Assembly: GCA_963765495.1 (NCBI GenBank)
Contig: CAVXWP010000008.1
Span: 384,001 to 448,000, forward strand
Direction: 5' to 3'
Length of the DNA stretch: 64,000 bases
Origin: Blastocatellia bacterium
GTDB lineage: Bacteria; Acidobacteriota; Blastocatellia; UBA7656
Below the pieces are notes generated by a model that made no database searches, was not told the DNA's origin, and worked only from the letters and a program-made list of their open reading frames with translations. Within the stretch, counting starts at the first letter, position 1; the number at the start of each line of letters is the position of its first letter. The position numbers and the translations under genes were made by a program. This document shows positions 59,439-64,000 of the stretch, piece by piece.

Positions 59439-60109
59439 GACGCTTTATTCTTGCCGAGTGGGGACGAATCATATTGCTTTAGGAGATCAGCCGGACCATC
59501 ATATATCGCAAGTGCGCCTGTGAGATGAGCATCCCTCCACCCACCTGAGCGAAATGCTATGCACTCGATTCCCGCTCGGTTTGCGGCTTCTATATCATAA
59601 GGCGTATCCCCGATCATCAGGATTCGTTCGCGCGGATGGGCCGCCCTGGAAAGCGCGGCTTCAACAATGTCCGGGTCAGGCTTGGAATCTTCCGCATCAT
59701 CGGATGAGGTCTTCCTTTCGATCAAATCATCTGCCCGAGCAATTTTCAGTAGCGCCTTCAGTTCATCCTCCTTTGCTGAACTTGCAACCATCAACCTGAT
59801 GCCATCGGTGCGCATGCGAAGAAGCAATTCTCTGGTGCCGGGAAATGCCTCTAATTCGGGAAGATATCGTGACGTAAAAATTTCGCCTCTAAGTCGGGAG
59901 ATTTCCTTCCCTTCGGCAGAATCATCCCGAAGGCCTGACACTTCGGGCAGCAATTTATCTCCCCCTTTTCCAATTAGCGACCGAATTTTTTCATACTGTA
60001 TGTCAAAGCCTCGCCTGGCCAGCGCCTCCTGCCATGCCCTGGTATGCGCGTCGTTGCTGTCTACAAGAGTCCCGTCAATATCGAGTATGACCTCACGGAT
60101 GGAATGCAT
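59435..60109 (-). CDS. HAD-superfamily hydrolase
   Basis: DIDGTLVDS, ASS, SKPDPD, IGDTPYD. Confidence 0.92.
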   Translation of the reverse strand: MHSIREVILDIDGTLVDSNDAHTRAWQEALARRGFDIQYEKIRSLIGKGGDKLLPEVSGLRDDSAEGKEISRLRGEIFTSRYLPELEAFPGTRELLLRMRTDGIRLMVASSAKEDELKALLKIARADDLIERKTSSDDAEDSKPDPDIVEAALSRAAHPRERILMIGDTPYDIEAANRAGIECIAFRSGGWRDAHLTGALAIYDGPADLLKQYDSSPLGKNKAS

Positions 60110-60239
60110 GTTTGATAAACCCCTGTGGTGTGTGAAAGAGTTTGAGTTTGGAAAGTGCGTCCCTGATGATTTTAGTAGATATGATCAACTACACGTCAAA
60201 TGAAAATATCAGAATTTGAGATTGCCTGCCCCATTTGCG

Positions 60240-61892
60240 TCAATCCACCTCGATCCATTTCGTGACCGGAATAAACCTCATCTCCTTTTTGTTTACGGAA
60301 ACGATATGCGCTCCAGATGAGCCGACCCTTCGATTCGGGCCAAAGGTGATCGGAGGAGTGACACCTGTTTCAAACTGGTAGAACTGGTCGAGCGTTTCAA
60401 TCAATTTCTGCCTTGTCAGGTCTCTGCCCGCGCGTTTTAACCCCTCGACCAGTATTTTCGCCGCCGCAAAGGCCGTCAACTGGCTTTCCAATTCCGTAGT
60501 CGGAAGGCTATAGGTCTCAGCCAGCCCCTTGTACTCACTTATTGATTCCCGGCTCAAATCCGAAGGCAGGGTAGAAAGCGAAATGAACAGGTGGGAAGTA
60601 ACCGATTCGGGCGCGTCAAGGGATTCTCTGGCCAGAAGAGGACCCGGGATCAGAATATCAGGGAACCAGTTTATGTTTCCTGCCTGATCGAGAAACTCTC
60701 TTTGCATATCTTTTGGCCCCAGATAAAAGACCGAACTGATCTTATTTCTCATCAGTTCTTGAACCATCTCCTTTATTCCTGCACTAGATCGGGGGATTTC
60801 AATCGACCCCAGAGTGCCCCATTTCAACCGGCGACATTCGCTCTTTATCGCCTCTGCCGCTTCGCGCGATTCCCTGTCACCCGAATTTATTATTACCGCC
60901 TGCTCGGACTGTGAAGACTTACGGCCAGCGGCAAATATCGCGAGTGACCGGGCCTGATCCTGTAGCCCGGCATGGATATAGAAGACGTAGCGGTTTATTG
61001 GGAAACCGGCGTCGGGCGTCTCTGTGATCGCCCCAACAAGGGGAAGTTCCCTGTCGCTTGCGAGCAGGGCAATCTCTCGGTCCGCCCCGGATGTGAATGC
61101 GCCTGTGAGCGCAAAGATATTCCCGTCCTCCAGGAGGGTTCGCAGGGCCTGAACCCTCTGCTCAGGCAAACCGTCGGATTCAGCTATCTGTAGATTGATT
61201 TCACGATTAAAGATTCCGCCGCTTTTATTGATTGAATCGAAGTATGCGCGAAGCAAAACATTGATGGAGCGAGTCGTTTCCGCAAAGGGGCCGCTCTTTA
61301 TTAGGAGAGTCCCGACTCTTATGCTCGATTGGTTCAGACCCGGTTCCGGGGCTTCATCTATCTTTTTGATGTAGGCGATCAGATCGGTTATGTCTGTTTG
61401 AGACAGGCGGAATCGCGGCATCGCAGGATGTAACTGATTGCCCGCCGGATCAAGCCCCATCGTAATTGCTCGCTTCAATGTCTTCTCTGTGTAAGGCGGG
61501 TGGTTGCGACCGCTTTCATGAGACACGCCATAAGGCTTGGTCAAGCCATTCCACGTAATGTCGGACGGTGTTACTCCTCCTTCCGGTTTTCCGCGTCCGT
61601 CGCGCCCGTGGCAGTTCACACAGGCCATTGCCTCACCGGGTATCTCAAGCCCGGAGTTGCCCATAACTGCGGTGATCTTTTGGCCTGTCGGACTGGTTCC
61701 GCGTAAATATATTTGACGGCCCCGATCTTCTTCCTGCTGAATAGTTGATGGCGTTGTGTTTCCGATCTGTCCTGTGCCCAATGATACAAGTCCGAGCATT
61801 GCCGTAAAAAGAAGTAGTGTATGTTTCACCCGTCTATTCAAGTGGCCCTTTGATTCCCGTTGTGATTGAGTCATTGAAACCGAGGTTCGCAT
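60240..61892 (-). CDS. c-type cytochrome fused to a type I (Leu/Ile/Val-like) periplasmic binding domain
   Basis: Signal-like segment, CVNCH heme motif, distal AMPRF, then PBP1-like fold (INKSGGIFNREI, GLKRAGRDLTR, ITFGPNRR). Exact start uncertain. Confidence 0.83.
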   Translation of the reverse strand: MRTSVSMTQSQRESKGHLNRRVKHTLLLFTAMLGLVSLGTGQIGNTTPSTIQQEEDRGRQIYLRGTSPTGQKITAVMGNSGLEIPGEAMACVNCHGRDGRGKPEGGVTPSDITWNGLTKPYGVSHESGRNHPPYTEKTLKRAITMGLDPAGNQLHPAMPRFRLSQTDITDLIAYIKKIDEAPEPGLNQSSIRVGTLLIKSGPFAETTRSINVLLRAYFDSINKSGGIFNREINLQIAESDGLPEQRVQALRTLLEDGNIFALTGAFTSGADREIALLASDRELPLVGAITETPDAGFPINRYVFYIHAGLQDQARSLAIFAAGRKSSQSEQAVIINSGDRESREAAEAIKSECRRLKWGTLGSIEIPRSSAGIKEMVQELMRNKISSVFYLGPKDMQREFLDQAGNINWFPDILIPGPLLARESLDAPESVTSHLFISLSTLPSDLSRESISEYKGLAETYSLPTTELESQLTAFAAAKILVEGLKRAGRDLTRQKLIETLDQFYQFETGVTPPITFGPNRRVGSSGAHIVSVNKKEMRFIPVTKWIEVD

Positions 61893-62362
61893 AGACCAGT
61901 GTTTAAACTCGATATGACATCAAAGTCAACCGATCTTTGCGCTCTGTACCTGCCCCCGTGTTCTCATATACAAGTCACAATCCACATACCTGGGTAAAAT
62001 TGGTTTATGACTCACGTAAATTGTCTTGTGTTGGTTACCACATTCAATTATTATCCGCACAGTGAGAAGGATTACCGTTCTGTTATGATGCAGTCAGCAG
62101 GCTGAGACGATATTTGAGGGGAAAGATTCAAGCCGAGATTGAGCCATAACGGGAGGTGTTCTTATTGACGCCTGAGTGAATTGAGAGGGCATTCAGACTA
62201 TTTTGACGGTATGACTTGAAGGGCTTACCAGCGCCTCTTCTTGTCAGATGCTGGTTCACAGATGAAGGGTACAACTTCGCTTTTCCTTACATTCCCGATT
62301 GGAACATGGGTCCCAGATAGCCAGCCTGTGTTAGAAGCGCACTCACAAAGGAGATGTGCATT

Positions 62363-64000
62363 ATGAAATCCAAACCGATTAATCTCTTTATAATCGACCC
62401 CCAACCCGAAGCATCTGAAATGGCTCATTTCCTGGACAGGGTAACCTCAAAAAGTCTCGCATTGACCAGAATGACCCGAATTGAAGAAGCCCTGTATCGC
62501 CTGAAACATCGACCATTCGATTTGATCCTTCTGTGCATACATCCGGCAAGTGGCGCAGATTTGGGCATACTCTCGGATTTCAGGTCAGCCTCCCCCGACC
62601 TGCCTGTCATAGTCTTGAGTGACAGAGACGATGATGCCCTTGCTTTGAAAGCGATCAATGGAGGGGCTCAGGATTTCCTGTTTATTGACGGACTTGACCA
62701 GAGAGGTTTCCTTCGCTCCATCCACATTGCAATCGAACGTAAGCGACTTGAGAAGGCCACGCGCGAAGAAGCTGAAAGCTATCTTTTCACATTCGAGCAG
62801 TCCCCTAAGGCAATGGCCCATGTTTCACCGGGAGGGAGCTATTTAAGAGTAAATCGGAGTTTTTGCGAGATGTTTGGGTGCACGGGTAAAGATATTGTTG
62901 GGTTACGGATCGCAAATCATACGCATAAAGATGACCTCGTTGCAGAGAATGAAACTATAAATCAGATGCTTTCAGGAGGAGGGCAGACAGTTGTATACGA
63001 AAGGCGGTCAATTCTAGGCGATGGCTCTCAAATCAGGACCCGGGTCTCCCTTTCGCCCGTCTGCGACACAGATGGAACCGCTAAAGTTGTTCTCGCGATC
63101 TTTGAAGATATTACAAGACGCGGGCAAACTTCGGATGAAGTTGCTCTGCTTGGCTCTATTGTCGAGAATTCGAATGATTCAATCATTGGTGTAAGCCTCG
63201 AAGGCTCGATCTTCAGTTGGAGCCGGGGGTCTGAGAGGATTTACGGATATACCGCAGAGGAAGTTATTGGTCTCGACATCTCTGTAATCATTCCTCAGGA
63301 ACGATTAGATGAGTTTCGGCAAATCTCTGAAGATATCAGGAAGGGGAAAAGCATCTCGATATTTGAAACCCTGAGAAAGAGGAAGGACGGCAAGTTGCTG
63401 GATATATGCCTGACGGCATCTCCTTTGTGTGATGAGGCGGGAAGGATCATAGGGGTCTCAGTTATCGGACGGGATATAACTGAACAGAAATATCTGGAAC
63501 AACAACTGCGACAGGCCCAGAAGATGGAGGCAATAGGCAGGCTAGCCGGCGGTATAGCCCATGACTTTAACAACCTGCTCACGGCCATTATTGGTTATAG
63601 TCAGGTTCTGCAAGCCAGGCTTGGGCCTGGAGCCCCCGGTAAAAAGGAGGTTGCAGAGATCCTGAGCGCCGGTCAACGTGCTGCTCGACTGACAAACCAG
63701 CTCCTTGTCTTTAGTCGCAATCGTCCGCGTCAGACAAAAAATATTAATCTGAACAACCACGTTTCAGAAATAAAGAAGATGCTGGTCCGTCTGATTGGGG
63801 AAGATATTACGCTCGAGACGATCCTGGCCCCGGAGATTGCCCAGGTCAGGGCTGATCCCGGTCAGATCGATCAGGTAATAATGAATCTGGTTATAAATGC
63901 CCGCGATGCGATGCCTGATGGGGGCAAGCTGACTATTGAAACCACAAATGTCGAGTTGAGCGAAGCGTATGTGGCAAAACACATAGGGATTTCAAAAGGT
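62363..64000 (+). CDS. Sensor histidine kinase: pseudo-receiver - PAS - PAS - HisKA - HATPase (3' end beyond window)
   Basis: Not in ORF track (no stop in window). AAGGAG RBS; my translation MKSKPINLFIID...FDLILLCIH...GAQDFLFI...; in frame QAQKMEAIGRLAGGIAHDFNN and NLVINARDAM. Confidence 0.88.
   Translation, partial: MKSKPINLFIIDPQPEASEMAHFLDRVTSKSLALTRMTRIEEALYRLKHRPFDLILLCIHPASGADLGILSDFRSASPDLPVIVLSDRDDDALALKAINGGAQDFLFIDGLDQRGFLRSIHIAIERKRLEKATREEAESYLFTFEQSPKAMAHVSPGGSYLRVNRSFCEMFGCTGKDIVGLRIANHTHKDDLVAENETINQMLSGGGQTVVYERRSILGDGSQIRTRVSLSPVCDTDGTAKVVLAIFEDITRRGQTSDEVALLGSIVENSNDSIIGVSLEGSIFSWSRGSERIYGYTAEEVIGLDISVIIPQERLDEFRQISEDIRKGKSISIFETLRKRKDGKLLDICLTASPLCDEAGRIIGVSVIGRDITEQKYLEQQLRQAQKMEAIGRLAGGIAHDFNNLLTAIIGYSQVLQARLGPGAPGKKEVAEILSAGQRAARLTNQLLVFSRNRPRQTKNINLNNHVSEIKKMLVRLIGEDITLETILAPEIAQVRADPGQIDQVIMNLVINARDAMPDGGKLTIETTNVELSEAYVAKHIGISKG

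Noticed and set aside
62051-62059. DnaA-box-like TTATCCGCA suggesting an origin
   Set aside because: A single mismatched box with no cluster and no origin-associated genes.

Overview
A 64 kb bacterial chromosomal segment with no rRNA, tRNA, CRISPR array, transposase or prophage that I could recognise. Protein style suggests Acidobacteriota, possibly Blastocatellia (inference, not tested). In order along the window: a TetR/FadR-controlled fatty-acid beta-oxidation operon whose fadN-type gene is broken by one extra base; a two-gene TIR-TIR-AAA / AAA-TM-14xWD40 NLR-like pair; housekeeping and competence genes (PBP1A, AI-2E, topA, dprA, comM); a membrane diguanylate cyclase; a class I chelatase operon; a MerR unit with a ZntR-type promoter; three peptidases; a coiled-coil / OmpA-fusion / Rab-like GTPase / hybrid kinase / PP2C cluster; an NDH-2-cNMP fusion; hemB; MscS; a cytochrome c-solute-binding fusion; and a pseudo-receiver PAS kinase cut by the window end. 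The chelatase operon has ChlI and ChlD plus a BchH/ChlH-type large subunit encoded as two complementary genes in reversed order (C-half then N-half), with no other (bacterio)chlorophyll or cobalamin genes in the window. Several families of intergenic inverted repeats and one MITE-like element are present. Best candidates for undescribed systems: the split and reordered Mg-chelatase-like H subunit, the membrane-spanning TIR/STAND pair, and the Rab-like GTPase envelope-signalling module. All product calls come from motif recognition by eye; no database searches were run.
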